Positions 1 to 9,668 of a stretch of DNA of 64,000 bases are shown one piece after another. A model generated the notes under the pieces. It was given only the letters and a program-made list of their open reading frames with translations, searched no databases and was not told the origin of the DNA. Source of the DNA: an uncultured archaeon (GTDB lineage Archaea; Halobacteriota; Methanosarcinia; Methanosarcinales; Methanoperedenaceae); contig CABMCA010000002.1 of NCBI GenBank assembly GCA_902384525.1, positions 312-64,311 of the forward strand, read 5' to 3'. The translations under genes were made by a program, and so were the position numbers. Position 1 is the stretch's first letter, and each line of letters begins with the position of its first letter.

Positions 1-2223
1 CCGATTTAGAACTCCACCTTTCAGGAGCTCGATCATTACATACGCTCCTGGATCGCCGGTATAATCCCATCGAATCGTCCTTGATCCTCCTCTTACCCAG
101 TTCTCCGAGCCATTGGGAGAGGTGACCTTAATGCTTGAGATACGCCTCAAGCCAGGTAAAACTTTTCCATCAGACTTTGACATTGAAAAGCCAAGCAGGT
201 CTGCGAGAGTCTTTGCCATGTCAATGCTTCTTGCAGGCGTTGGATCAGTTTCGCCTTTTCTTATTGTTGGTCCGGAAAAAATTAATGGTATGTATGATTC
301 ATCCGGGTTGAGACCTCCATGTTCACCGAGTAACAGTTGGTCGGGTGTGGGAAATGCGGCCGGATCATCGAAATAATAGCCATCTGAAGTTTTAGCTAAT
401 AGAATTATATCTCCACTCCTTTCCGAATCTAAACTTTTGATTCGATTAACTGCATCAACATAATCAGCTTTTCCTGCGAAAAAGGTTTCCAGAGATTCCA
501 TACCCGCTCCCATTCCACCAGTATAAACCAAATATCTTGATGTAAGTCTGAATAAGACTACATCAACATATGGTTCAGACTTGAATGCAACTAAAGCTGG
601 TTCCAGATCTGAATACCCCACACTATTCCAATCATTTGTACTTATGTTTCCTATATAAATCTGTCCCATGCCACCGTTGGATGCCGCGACAGCATTATAT
701 CCCCCTTCAAGCAAGCCCTGATCGTCAATATCATATCCTACACTCAATAATTTCTGTTCGAGTATATCTTTTGTTATTCGAAATTCGGGAGCAAATTTAA
801 CAGGAGTCTGGCCATGATCTGACACAATAACTATTACTGTTTCAATCATTAAACCATTATTTTTCAAGCCGGGATATTCGATGGAACAAACACCTAAAAG
901 ATTTTGTAATGCACATCCTCCATTGATAAGACGACCAATTTGTTCATCAACATTATGTATTAAATAATATTCTTGATTATAAGGGTCTACTCCGTTTGGT
1001 CCAAGCCAGTGACTATATCCATCTAATCCTGGAAGATAAATTGTCGTAATTTTTCTGTCAGCATTATAATAAAGCTGGAACAAAGCATGTTCCATCGCAT
1101 TTGAATCTATTTTTGGGAAATCATGACTAATATAATTTGCCTCATATTCTGATGCTCCAGGCGTTATCCACTGCGTAGAACCTCTACTAAACTGATTAAA
1201 TATGACGGTGCTATCTATATTTCTGTCTCTTTTTGCGGCTTCATATATTGTATCTACATTAGTACTTAAATCACTATTTTGCTCCCCACCTCCAAGATAG
1301 GTCCACAATCCATATTTTCGCCATTCAACTGTACTCCTGTCAAACCATGAATTTCCAGCAATTTTATGATTTTTTGGATAATTGCCAGTGAAAATTGAAG
1401 CTTGTGCCGCTAAAGTTATAGAAGGAAAAACCGTTGTTGCGTCAGTAAACCTAACACCGTTATTAGCTATTTCCGACATGTTTGGCATAGCGTTAAGAGA
1501 ATTATAAAGAGCATCACGCTTCATACCATCGATGTCTATTATAATCGCTCTCTTGGGAATGGGGTTTGAAGTAACATTTAGAGATATAATTGTAGAAAAA
1601 GTCTGTGTTGATGCTGACGTTGTGGAATATGCTACATTAACTGGAATTGTCAGAGCTGTACCTTCAGGGAAATCTTTTGGAACAGGAACATCAATATACA
1701 TAAGATCTATTCCATCACTTATTTTTGTTTTTAAATCATCTTCTGATCTGATATATGATTTAATCTCCTCGTCTGAAAGTTTTTCAGTTTTAATTATATT
1801 ACTAAATTCCATATTTAGTTCTTCTCTTTGCTTAAGTGCATTACCAATTGGAGAAAGTTTCTTATTCACACTTTTTTTCTCTTGTTTTGGTTTAGAGTTA
1901 GATGAAATCGTTGAAACCTGCTGAGAAACAGTTGTTTTTTCAGTAAGCTGAAATGGATTATCGTAACTTATTTCATTAATTGTAACTTTCTTTTCATCCT
2001 GCTGAACTTGAGGAGTTGCTTGAGGCGTTGAAATCTCCTCTAATTGTGAATTTATTATCGATACTTGAATATGTAATACAGTCCCCGGTATGACTTGAGA
2101 TGGAGAATTGACTTTTATCTCTATTGGTTCAGTTGCGGCGTATGCAGGTATAGTTAAAATCAATACAAGTGCAAATGCAATTGAACATATTTTTATGTTA
2201 AAAAAATTTAATTTTTCTTTCAT
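1..2223 (-). CDS. Secreted alkaline-phosphatase-superfamily (nucleotide pyrophosphatase/phosphodiesterase-like) protein, 3' end runs off the window
   Basis: Not in the ORF track; translated by hand from ATG at 2223 (RBS-like GAGGA upstream). MKEKLNFFNIKICSIAFALVLILTIPAYA signal peptide, then IIIDIDG, TTVFPSITLAAQASIFTG (Thr nucleophile region), LPGLDGYSH, IVSDHG and GEHGG motifs. An Ig-like 'VTSPNGSENWVRG' module begins near the window edge. Confidence 0.8.
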   Translation of the reverse strand, partial: MKEKLNFFNIKICSIAFALVLILTIPAYAATEPIEIKVNSPSQVIPGTVLHIQVSIINSQLEEISTPQATPQVQQDEKKVTINEISYDNPFQLTEKTTVSQQVSTISSNSKPKQEKKSVNKKLSPIGNALKQREELNMEFSNIIKTEKLSDEEIKSYIRSEDDLKTKISDGIDLMYIDVPVPKDFPEGTALTIPVNVAYSTTSASTQTFSTIISLNVTSNPIPKRAIIIDIDGMKRDALYNSLNAMPNMSEIANNGVRFTDATTVFPSITLAAQASIFTGNYPKNHKIAGNSWFDRSTVEWRKYGLWTYLGGGEQNSDLSTNVDTIYEAAKRDRNIDSTVIFNQFSRGSTQWITPGASEYEANYISHDFPKIDSNAMEHALFQLYYNADRKITTIYLPGLDGYSHWLGPNGVDPYNQEYYLIHNVDEQIGRLINGGCALQNLLGVCSIEYPGLKNNGLMIETVIVIVSDHGQTPVKFAPEFRITKDILEQKLLSVGYDIDDQGLLEGGYNAVAASNGGMGQIYIGNISTNDWNSVGYSDLEPALVAFKSEPYVDVVLFRLTSRYLVYTGGMGAGMESLETFFAGKADYVDAVNRIKSLDSERSGDIILLAKTSDGYYFDDPAAFPTPDQLLLGEHGGLNPDESYIPLIFSGPTIRKGETDPTPARSIDMAKTLADLLGFSMSKSDGKVLPGLRRISSIKVTSPNGSENWVRGGSRTIRWDYTGDPGAYVMIELLKGGVLNR

Positions 2224-2249
2224 ATTTATTCCTCTTATTTAATTTTATT

Positions 2250-2591
2250 TTATGTTATTGTATATCCTAAAGATAACAAAGTTATAAACCAAATTAGATA
2301 CAAGATAATTGTTAATATTCCAACACCAGGTGCTTTAGTAAACTTTTTTGTAACTATAGTATATGCGATTGCCGAAGTTAAACCTGGTAATAATATCATA
2401 AGATAGAAACTGCGAGATACATAATCAGGCATCAGACTTACCATCTTTGTACCGAAAAAATTATATAATACAATCGTACCGATAATAATTATAATTTCAA
2501 TTCTATTTTCAGTTAATTTTTCAGTTAATTTATATTTTTCTAAAATTTGCATAAACCAAGCCTCCTTAATTGTCTGCAATACTATTGTCAC
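2250..2591 (-). CDS. Small membrane protein (about 3 TM), possible start at MQILEK
   Basis: ORF with three hydrophobic segments, directly upstream of and co-oriented with the phosphodiesterase gene. Confidence 0.6.
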   Translation of the reverse strand: MTIVLQTIKEAWFMQILEKYKLTEKLTENRIEIIIIIGTIVLYNFFGTKMVSLMPDYVSRSFYLMILLPGLTSAIAYTIVTKKFTKAPGVGILTIILYLIWFITLLSLGYTIT

Positions 2592-2909
2592 CAGGATCGC
2601 AACATAATACGATTATTGTCATATGAGAACAGCATGAACTCTCTCTTAATTGGCGCCACCATCCTCTGTCAGCGCGGCCCAGCATGTGAACGATACAAAG
2701 CCAGTCGTCATTAATCCACCCTTACAGAGAGCATCCACTCTCTACATATAATTATCAGATACCATTTTTTCCACCTGTCCCTGAATTCTAGGGCGAGCGC
2801 CTCAAACTCAGGTGAAAAGAATCCACGACCATAAACTATTTAACCTCCACCCTCATTCTAGCATTGTTCGTAATATTACGAATAATCCCAAAGAGGAAAA
2901 ATAATAAAA

Positions 2910-3431
2910 ATGACCCCAGAAAATTTCAAACCAAAGAAAGACTTCAATACCCGCCTTGAAAACACAAAGAGCCTGCCAGACATATTTGAAGTGGTGAAAG
3001 CCGCTGTCTGGGAATGCCAGAGAAAAAGCCGTGGAGGTCTGATGCTGGGACTTGCCAATCTCGGAAACCATCCTGAGGGATTTCTGGGTGCTTTCTATCC
3101 GGTCGGTTCAAATGTCATTGTGATGAATAAGATCCCTCTTGAGAGAATAAAAGAGACAAGGCTTGAGCTTTACAAACCTTATGCTTTCCATGTCCTTCTC
3201 CATGAATACCTGCACACTCTGGGCTATATGGACGAAAGCGGTGTAAGGCAGATGGCCCATCAGATCACAAAAGAAGTATTCGGGGAAGAGCATCTTGCGA
3301 CAAAGATTGCTGCAAATACGGCGCACTTCTTCCATAATCTTGTTTATCCGGGTGCAACATGGCAGGCAGACGAGATGAAAATGGAACTTGTGGGTGGTTT
3401 TGACAGGGGAAGCACGAGTTATATTTGTTAA
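2910..3431 (+). CDS. Zincin-like metallopeptidase (HExxH), conserved hypothetical
   Basis: HVLLHEYLHTLGY motif. Confidence 0.7.
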   Translation: MTPENFKPKKDFNTRLENTKSLPDIFEVVKAAVWECQRKSRGGLMLGLANLGNHPEGFLGAFYPVGSNVIVMNKIPLERIKETRLELYKPYAFHVLLHEYLHTLGYMDESGVRQMAHQITKEVFGEEHLATKIAANTAHFFHNLVYPGATWQADEMKMELVGGFDRGSTSYIC

Positions 3432-3435
3432 GTTT

Positions 3436-3573
3436 TCAAGATATTTTCGGGAATTCATGACCGCAATTAGGACATAATACCAGATTGCATTTCATGAACC
3501 TCGGACATGCCCTGCATCCCTGGTTATCCTTATCATCGAACCTGGCTCCGCAAAGAGGACACTGTGTTTTCAT
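3436..3573 (-). CDS. 45-aa Cys-rich FeoB-associated protein (FeoC-like / zinc ribbon)
   Basis: MKTQCPLCGARFDDKDNQGCRACPRFMKCNLVLCPNCGHEFPKIS; its ATG overlaps the feoB stop (ATGA at 3570-3573). Confidence 0.75.
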   Translation of the reverse strand: MKTQCPLCGARFDDKDNQGCRACPRFMKCNLVLCPNCGHEFPKIS

Positions 3574-5576
3574 AACAGGTGGTAATATCCTATGATCCTG
3601 GAAGCTATCCCGCCGATAAGTATTGCAAGCGTAATAGTGAAGGCCATGATGCCAAAAGCTCTTTTCCAGCCAAGCTCCCTTCCAAGTACGGCGATAGTTG
3701 CAACGCATGGGATATAGATCGTATTCACAAGCGCGTAAACGAATAATTGTGCGGGTGTCATGAATAGCAGGAGGTTCTTTGCGCCTCCTCCGTACATGAC
3801 CAATGCAAGAGTAACAAGCAGTTGGAGCGCAAGTTCCTTTCGCAGTACCGCGAAGATCAAAGTAAGACCGGCAACAGCAGGAAGACCCAGCCATCCTTCA
3901 ACTACAGGAGAGAGCGGTGAGGCCAGTTTCCATAGATATCCGGTTTCATAAAGCCCGCCAAGTACCATAGACCCTACAAGCACTATCGGAAAAGCCACGA
4001 ATACGAAGTCTTTGAACCTGTACCAGGTCTTTTTCAATATGTTTGATATCATTGGCATCCTGAATGGGAACATTTCCATGACAAGCCCTGTTGATTTTCC
4101 GGGCATTATTTTGTTAAGTCCTGCTCCCACAAGGAACACAAGAGCAAATACTATAAGATAAATTGCAACAGCTGGTTTCCATCCCACGAACAGGGAAACG
4201 GCGCCAAGGATAACGGCTGTTCTCGCGCTGCATGGGATAAGGGTGATAAGGGTACTTGCAATCGTTCGCTCCCGCATCGTGGTCAAAACGCGTGTACCGA
4301 TTATTGCGGGTACATTGCAGCCTGCGCCTGCAACAAGCGGGATGATCGCGCGCCCGTGAAGCCCGAACTTATGCATCAGCCTGTCTGTAAGGAATGCCAC
4401 AGAGTTCAGGTATCCTGAATCCTCAAGAAAAGCCAGCATGAAATAGAATGTAAGTACGTATGGTATACCCACAGCAAGAGCTGCAAGGATACCATCGTCA
4501 AAACCCCATATGAGAATTTTACCGATAATGCCGCTTCCAAAAACATAGTGAACAGCGTCATTAATGACAGGCGAAACATATGTTGCCCATTGATCACTGA
4601 AAAACGTGGAAAGCCAGTTCCCGCCATAAAAAAGAAAGGAAAAAATTATAGCAAGAACTCCGATAAGCAGTGGTATGCCGGTAAGCGGTGAAGTGGTATA
4701 AGCCCATATCTTATCCAATGGTATGGGTTTTACGTCCCCCTGTACCTGGGATGCTATCGAACCTGCAAGCCCATGTCGCTCACGTGCGATCCTTAATGGG
4801 GTTTTCTCTCTGTGTAATTCTTCTATCTCCCTGCTTATCTTGTTTGCTTCATCGATTATGGATTTGCCATTTTCATGTTTTCCGACAAGTTCAATAAACT
4901 CGGGATCATTTTCAAGAAGCATGATCGAAAGAGCCCTTGGATTTATCCCGAAATTATAAGGCATAAGAATTTTTTCAAGTTTTTTGATATTGGTTTCAAT
5001 ATCATCTCCATAATGCAATGAATAACTGATCCCGGTTTTATTTTTTGCAGTATCCACTGCCTGCTGTATCAGTTCATCAAGACCGCTGCCTGTCGTGGCT
5101 ATCGTCTTCACGACAGGGATACCAAGAAGCCGGGATAATTCCCCTGAATCGATCAGGATATTCCGTTTCTCGGCTTCATCTATCAGGTTCAAAGCAGCCA
5201 CGATCGGTATGCCAAGATCGATGAACTGGATAAGCATGTAGAGATTCCTTGCAAGGTTTGTGGCATCAAGGATCATTATTGCCACATCCGGTTTACAGTC
5301 AAAGATTGCCCTTCGCGCCACCCACTGGTCTTCCGAGACCGCGCCAAGGGCGTAGCTGCCGGGAAGGTCGATTATACCTATCCGCTGGTCTTTGAAATTC
5401 GTAGTTGCAAGATTGAGTTCCACGGTTTTTCCGGGATAGTTGGCAGTGACCACACCCATCCCGGTCAGGCGGTTAAATATGCTTGATTTTCCCACATTGG
5501 GATTTCCGGCAAGTGCAAATGTGAACTCAGTGCTGCCCTTTATTTCCTTGAGGGCGCTATGACATGAAAGAGCCAT
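3570..5576 (-). CDS. feoB: Ferrous iron transporter B
   Basis: G1 GNPNVGKS, G2 NYPGKTVE, G3 DLPG; C-terminal membrane/gate domains (GCNVPA, IPCSAR, YIPCVAT). Confidence 0.95.
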   Translation of the reverse strand: MALSCHSALKEIKGSTEFTFALAGNPNVGKSSIFNRLTGMGVVTANYPGKTVELNLATTNFKDQRIGIIDLPGSYALGAVSEDQWVARRAIFDCKPDVAIMILDATNLARNLYMLIQFIDLGIPIVAALNLIDEAEKRNILIDSGELSRLLGIPVVKTIATTGSGLDELIQQAVDTAKNKTGISYSLHYGDDIETNIKKLEKILMPYNFGINPRALSIMLLENDPEFIELVGKHENGKSIIDEANKISREIEELHREKTPLRIARERHGLAGSIASQVQGDVKPIPLDKIWAYTTSPLTGIPLLIGVLAIIFSFLFYGGNWLSTFFSDQWATYVSPVINDAVHYVFGSGIIGKILIWGFDDGILAALAVGIPYVLTFYFMLAFLEDSGYLNSVAFLTDRLMHKFGLHGRAIIPLVAGAGCNVPAIIGTRVLTTMRERTIASTLITLIPCSARTAVILGAVSLFVGWKPAVAIYLIVFALVFLVGAGLNKIMPGKSTGLVMEMFPFRMPMISNILKKTWYRFKDFVFVAFPIVLVGSMVLGGLYETGYLWKLASPLSPVVEGWLGLPAVAGLTLIFAVLRKELALQLLVTLALVMYGGGAKNLLLFMTPAQLFVYALVNTIYIPCVATIAVLGRELGWKRAFGIMAFTITLAILIGGIASRIIGYYHLL

Positions 5577-5607
5577 TATTTTATCCTATCCTATTTATCC
5601 TGATAAC

Positions 5608-6258
5608 TTATTTTACCTTTATTTTTGATGCTATTTCTCTTCCCAGCGCGTACCGTGAGCCTGAAACACATACTATCAATGGCCCCCCGAACGGCGCCAC
5701 TTCCTCGACACGGACACAAATATCAGGGATCAATCCAAGTGATGCAAGATACTGGAGCATTTTCGGGTCTTCTTCGAATACATTGACAATGATCGCCTTT
5801 TCATTGGCTTTTAATTCCGAAAGCGGCCTTACATTTTCTTTTATGAACGAGCCGTCCTTATCCGGGATGGGATGGCCATGAGGACAGGTTTTGGGATTTC
5901 CCAGGCTCTGGGCGATCCTGTCTTCCATCTCAGGGCTTATGGCATGTTCAAGCCTGCACGCTTCCTCGTGAACCTCATCCCATTTGAAACCCAGGATATC
6001 TGTAAGCAGCCGCTCGGAGAGGCGGTGTCTGCGAACGACTTTTTTGGCCATTCTTCCACCTTCTTCTGTAAGGCATACGCCTTTTCCGGTGTGATTTATG
6101 AGACCCTTATTTGCGAGTTTTTTTACCATCTCAGATACGGATGGAGGAGATAATTTCAGGTGCTCTGCAAGGCGCGATGTGCTTACCGGATGCTGTTCCA
6201 GTTGCAATTTGTATATCGATTCAAGATATTCTTCAATCCTGGGGGTATCTGCTTTCAT
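5608..6258 (-). CDS. DtxR/IdeR-family metal-dependent repressor with C-terminal FeoA domain
   Basis: EEYLESIY, SPPSVSEMVKKL HTH, RRHRLSE, EACRLEH, CPHGHPIP, FeoA-like tail (APFGGP). Confidence 0.92.
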   Translation of the reverse strand: MKADTPRIEEYLESIYKLQLEQHPVSTSRLAEHLKLSPPSVSEMVKKLANKGLINHTGKGVCLTEEGGRMAKKVVRRHRLSERLLTDILGFKWDEVHEEACRLEHAISPEMEDRIAQSLGNPKTCPHGHPIPDKDGSFIKENVRPLSELKANEKAIIVNVFEEDPKMLQYLASLGLIPDICVRVEEVAPFGGPLIVCVSGSRYALGREIASKIKVK

Positions 6259-7096
6259 TTTTCACCGTCGTTCCTGCTTTGTAAGTCCTGTATACAAAAA
6301 TTCCTATTATTATCCAGTAACCAATGTATGCCATAACTTCTGTAAGTGAGGGATTTCCATTATAACCTATCAGGGCTTTCAAGCTTCCTCCTATCAATCC
6401 ATTTTCATGAAGTGGGGGATAAGAACCATCTGGATTCAGAGGCGGGTTTATATCCCAGATATGCTCTACGATTTCCGGTATTATGCCTGCTTCATTGAAT
6501 TCATGAACTGCTGTTGCCACAAGACCTGCTGAGAACAATATCAGCAATATGCTTGTATATCTGAAGAACCTGCTTACGTCAAGCCTGTAAATCCCTTTGA
6601 ACATTATGAATGACAGGACGATCACAAGTGCAAGACCAAGTATGAAACCCGCAATGGTATCAGTCGGAGACTGGATCGCAAGTGTTCCAAGGAAGAGAAC
6701 GGTCTCAACCCCTTCCCTGAATACTGCAATAAACGACAGGGCTGCTATCCCGAACATCTGGCCCTTTGAAATGGACAGGTCTATTTTTTCCTGGACTTCA
6801 CCTTTTATCTGTTTTGAATTTTGCGCCATCCAGAAGATCATATAGGTAAGCACGATCGCTGCAGTGAGAGCGGCTGCGCCCTCGAAAAGCTGTTCTGCTG
6901 TACCCTGGAGTTCGCCGTAAACTACTTTGAATAAAAAAGCCACTGCTAAACTTGCGACGAGAGCGCTTATAATTCCTATATTTATATAGCGGTTGAGATC
7001 TTTTCGTCCCAGCTTTGCGACATACGCCACAATTATTCCGATTATCAGGGCTGCTTCAAGCGCTTCCCTGAATGTTATTAAAAAGCTTGCTAACAT
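6233..7096 (-). CDS. FTR1/EfeU-family high-affinity iron permease
   Basis: Two RExxE motifs (FREALEA, FREGVET); ATG at 7096 preceded by a GGTGA RBS. Confidence 0.92.
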   Translation of the reverse strand: MLASFLITFREALEAALIIGIIVAYVAKLGRKDLNRYINIGIISALVASLAVAFLFKVVYGELQGTAEQLFEGAAALTAAIVLTYMIFWMAQNSKQIKGEVQEKIDLSISKGQMFGIAALSFIAVFREGVETVLFLGTLAIQSPTDTIAGFILGLALVIVLSFIMFKGIYRLDVSRFFRYTSILLILFSAGLVATAVHEFNEAGIIPEIVEHIWDINPPLNPDGSYPPLHENGLIGGSLKALIGYNGNPSLTEVMAYIGYWIIIGIFVYRTYKAGTTVKNESRYPQD

Positions 7097-7113
7097 AGTT
7101 TTCACCGTTATTA

Positions 7114-7169
7114 TTAGGTATACCTAACTAAATGTTATTGCATACCTATATACCCTTCGGTTAACCTAA
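7114..7169. promoter_or_regulatory. Tandem DtxR-type operator boxes upstream of the ftr1-dtxR-feoB operon
   Basis: Perfect 14-bp palindrome TTAGGTATACCTAA (7114-7127), near-perfect TTCGGTTAACCTAA (7156-7169) and a degenerate copy between them (7136-7149). Confidence 0.85.
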
Positions 7170-7241
7170 TAAAATGGTTAGGATCATAAATATCAGGATC
7201 ACAGAAAATTATAATTAATAATCCTGCATGTTGTGTGCTGC

Positions 7242-8219
7242 ATGGACCTCCAGAAAATCGCAAAGGAAATCAGGGAATTCGAGGGCGTAACGAGAAAAAA
7301 GCCCATAGCAGACCTAATAAATATATTCCAGACCGTCCGCTCTGAATATTCCAGTTCCGTGGTGGATTTTGGCGATGACGCAGCCGTTATTGATATAGGC
7401 GGGGACGATTACATACTTTTTGCGGCAGATGGCATATGGGGTCGCCTCGTAAATGCAAGTCCCTGGTGGGCAGGATATACTTCTGTGCTTGTGAATGTCA
7501 ATGATATTGCTGCCATGGGCGGGAAACCTGTTGCTATGGTCAATGTCCTATCTTCGGATAATAAAAATGCCTGCAAGGAACTTCTCAGGGGCATCAGGGA
7601 CGGGATAGCGAAATTCGGAGTCCCGATGGTTGGAGGGGATCTTCATCCCGATACCCCATATAGTTCACTATCAGTAGCCATCATTGGTATGGTAAAAAAA
7701 GGGTGTGAAATAAAACGCGGCACTGCAAAGGCAGGGGATGTTGTAATATCCGCATACGATCTGGATGGGAAAGTGGGCCCGAATTCTCCTTATAGTTTTG
7801 ACACAACGACTGCAAAAGAGCCGGAAGAAGTGCGCAGGAAATACAGGGTGATCCGGGAAATAGGTGAGAAGAAGCTTGTCACCGCAGGGAAGGATATCAG
7901 CAATCCAGGGCTTATCGGGACACTTGGGATGCTTCTTGAGACAAGCAGAAAAGGGGCTCGCGTTGACCTGGGGAAAATACAGGCGCCAGAGGGCATTGAT
8001 TTTACCCAGTGGTTGAAGGTTCATCCGGCAACGGGTTTTATAGTCACGGCTTTACCGGAAAATGAAGCGGAAGTAATTGGCCTTTTTGAAAAAGCAGGAT
8101 ACGCGGTTGCAAATATTGGTATAGTGGATGATACATCTAAGCTTGATATTTGTTATGGCGATAAGTGTGTTACTGTTTTTGATTTCAAGAAAGATGTGGT
8201 GACGGGGATTACGCAATAA
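7242..8219 (+). CDS. AIR-synthase-related protein, methanogenesis marker protein 2
   Basis: DFGDDAAV, NVNDIAAMGG, VGGDLHPD, KDISNPG; PurM/ThiL fold motifs. Confidence 0.85.
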   Translation: MDLQKIAKEIREFEGVTRKKPIADLINIFQTVRSEYSSSVVDFGDDAAVIDIGGDDYILFAADGIWGRLVNASPWWAGYTSVLVNVNDIAAMGGKPVAMVNVLSSDNKNACKELLRGIRDGIAKFGVPMVGGDLHPDTPYSSLSVAIIGMVKKGCEIKRGTAKAGDVVISAYDLDGKVGPNSPYSFDTTTAKEPEEVRRKYRVIREIGEKKLVTAGKDISNPGLIGTLGMLLETSRKGARVDLGKIQAPEGIDFTQWLKVHPATGFIVTALPENEAEVIGLFEKAGYAVANIGIVDDTSKLDICYGDKCVTVFDFKKDVVTGITQ

Positions 8220-8257
8220 TCTGTAGAACTTTAAAATTAGTTTTTTTCTTGTAAAAG

Positions 8258-8570
8258 TAGCGGGCACACCTCAGGTCGCAGCCCCTTCCACTGCACGGTT
8301 GACCACAAACTCGCCTCCGCCCCGCGCCCCCATGAGCGATAGTTGTTCGCGGCTGGTTTGCTCCCTTCCGGGCCTAGACCGTTTTCCGCAACTAAGGCAC
8401 AAAAACCTTCCTTCAGGAAAGCCCTTGTACCAACACCAGCCCCATAGGACGGGGTTTCACAGTAGAATCTGTGGGCCATGCAATAGTCAGAACTTCTTCC
8501 TCTGGCTTCGCCCCCCGCTATCGACGGTTTCGGGTTACAGGTAACGCCGAGTTACCCGGGCTAGCCCGCC
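8258..8570 (-). ncRNA. ffs: Archaeal signal recognition particle (7S) RNA
   Basis: Minus strand begins GGCGGGCTAG...GGCGTTACCTGTAACCCGAAACCG (Alu domain); helix-8 GGCCCGGAAGGGAGCA; 3' GCCCGCTA pairs with the 5' end; about 313 nt. Confidence 0.93.
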
Positions 8571-8647
8571 GATGTTGTAATGTTTCTCGAATGCAATAAA
8601 GTTATCTCAAAAGAAGTCCAATATAGGAGAAAGGAGATGAAAAATTA

Positions 8648-8881
8648 ATGGAAGAATTGATCGGTTACGTTGCAAGCAATCATAAAGCTAGCAAGATCCT
8701 TGCAGTGCTGGATTCAAAAGGCGCAATGGATGGAGAAAACATAGCAAAGACGGTGAGGATCGTGGGGGCGGAAAAAACAATCGAAGAATTGACCGAAAAA
8801 AACCTCATAGCACGCGAAGGCGCCAAATTTGCTCTGACGGATCTGGGAAAGCAGGTCTCACACAAGCTTCGAAGCGTATAA
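8648..8881 (+). CDS. Small winged-helix protein
   Basis: 77 aa, wHTH-like pattern ending in FALTDLGK; GGAGA RBS. Confidence 0.7.
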   Translation: MEELIGYVASNHKASKILAVLDSKGAMDGENIAKTVRIVGAEKTIEELTEKNLIAREGAKFALTDLGKQVSHKLRSV

Positions 8882-8912
8882 CTCGATGAATTGGTTTTAG
8901 CCAATTCTTTTT

Positions 8913-9060
8913 TATATTGAGGATCTGAACAATATTGGTGTGGCTTCGATCAAAAATGCCATGGATTCGGATTTGATCGTTATCGATGAATTTGAAGTTT
9001 TTACTGCGACGCTGGAGAACAGGGAGGTCATAGTCTCAACGATATCCCAAAAAATAACTA
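8913..9060 (+). pseudogene. Remnant of an NTPase_1-family (THEP1-like) NTPase
   Basis: Startless frame YIEDLNNIGVASIKNAMDSDLIVIDE-FEVFTATLENRE; Walker-B region joined directly to a C-terminal-like motif; in-frame TAG at 8898-8900 upstream. Confidence 0.5.
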
Positions 9061-9525
9061 TAGGGCTTCAATAACACCTTTCTTGCCCTTTTTCTTTAAA
9101 TTCCTTATAAGTTCCTGGTTCTCACGAATAAAGGATGTTGCATCGGATTCGATTTTCTTTTTATCGATCTTCTTACCCTGGCCCACCCCGGGGCAATCCA
9201 CAACAGGTTTTAGTTTCATTAAAGGTTCATCGGAATATGAGACTTCGATGATCTTAAATGGAAGCAAACGGCACACAAGCGGCTCGTTATTACGTATCGT
9301 GCATTCAAGTTTCAAACCATTAAAAAAGCACTTTCCTTCTTTTCCCCTGATCTTGAATATGTTTTCTTTTTCATCAAAATCAAGAAAATCCTCCGGTGAA
9401 TATCCCAGGTCTTTGATTCTTTTTATATCCTCAATTGTAAGCTGGATGCCTTCTGAGCAGCATTTAGCGCCGCATTTTTTATATTCACATTTCCACTTAT
9501 CGATATTTTCAAGGATATGTATCAT
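9058..9525 (-). CDS. YkgJ/CxxCxxCC-family putative Fe-S/zinc cluster protein
   Basis: CEYKKCGAKCC, C-FF, C-I, P-VCRLLPF, CPGVG. Confidence 0.8.
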   Translation of the reverse strand: MIHILENIDKWKCEYKKCGAKCCSEGIQLTIEDIKRIKDLGYSPEDFLDFDEKENIFKIRGKEGKCFFNGLKLECTIRNNEPLVCRLLPFKIIEVSYSDEPLMKLKPVVDCPGVGQGKKIDKKKIESDATSFIRENQELIRNLKKKGKKGVIEAL

Positions 9526-9668
9526 AAACCTTAATTGATTTTCTTATAATTTAAGGATACCCATATCTGGCGAGCATAAAATGACTATTGAATAATTACT
9601 GAATGAGCATTAGAAAATGCAGTAAGACATATATCTTTAAATAATATATAATCTATAAAAAATATATT

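Noticed and set aside
2600-2850. Possible gene remnant on the minus strand (SPEFEALALEFRDRWKKWY)
   Set aside because: No start codon in frame and no recognisable family.
8237-8544. ORFs 8237-8479 and 8299-8544, or an RNase P RNA call
   Set aside because: They overlap the SRP RNA. The GAGGAAAGTCC RNase P signature is absent and the SRP helix-8 motif is present.
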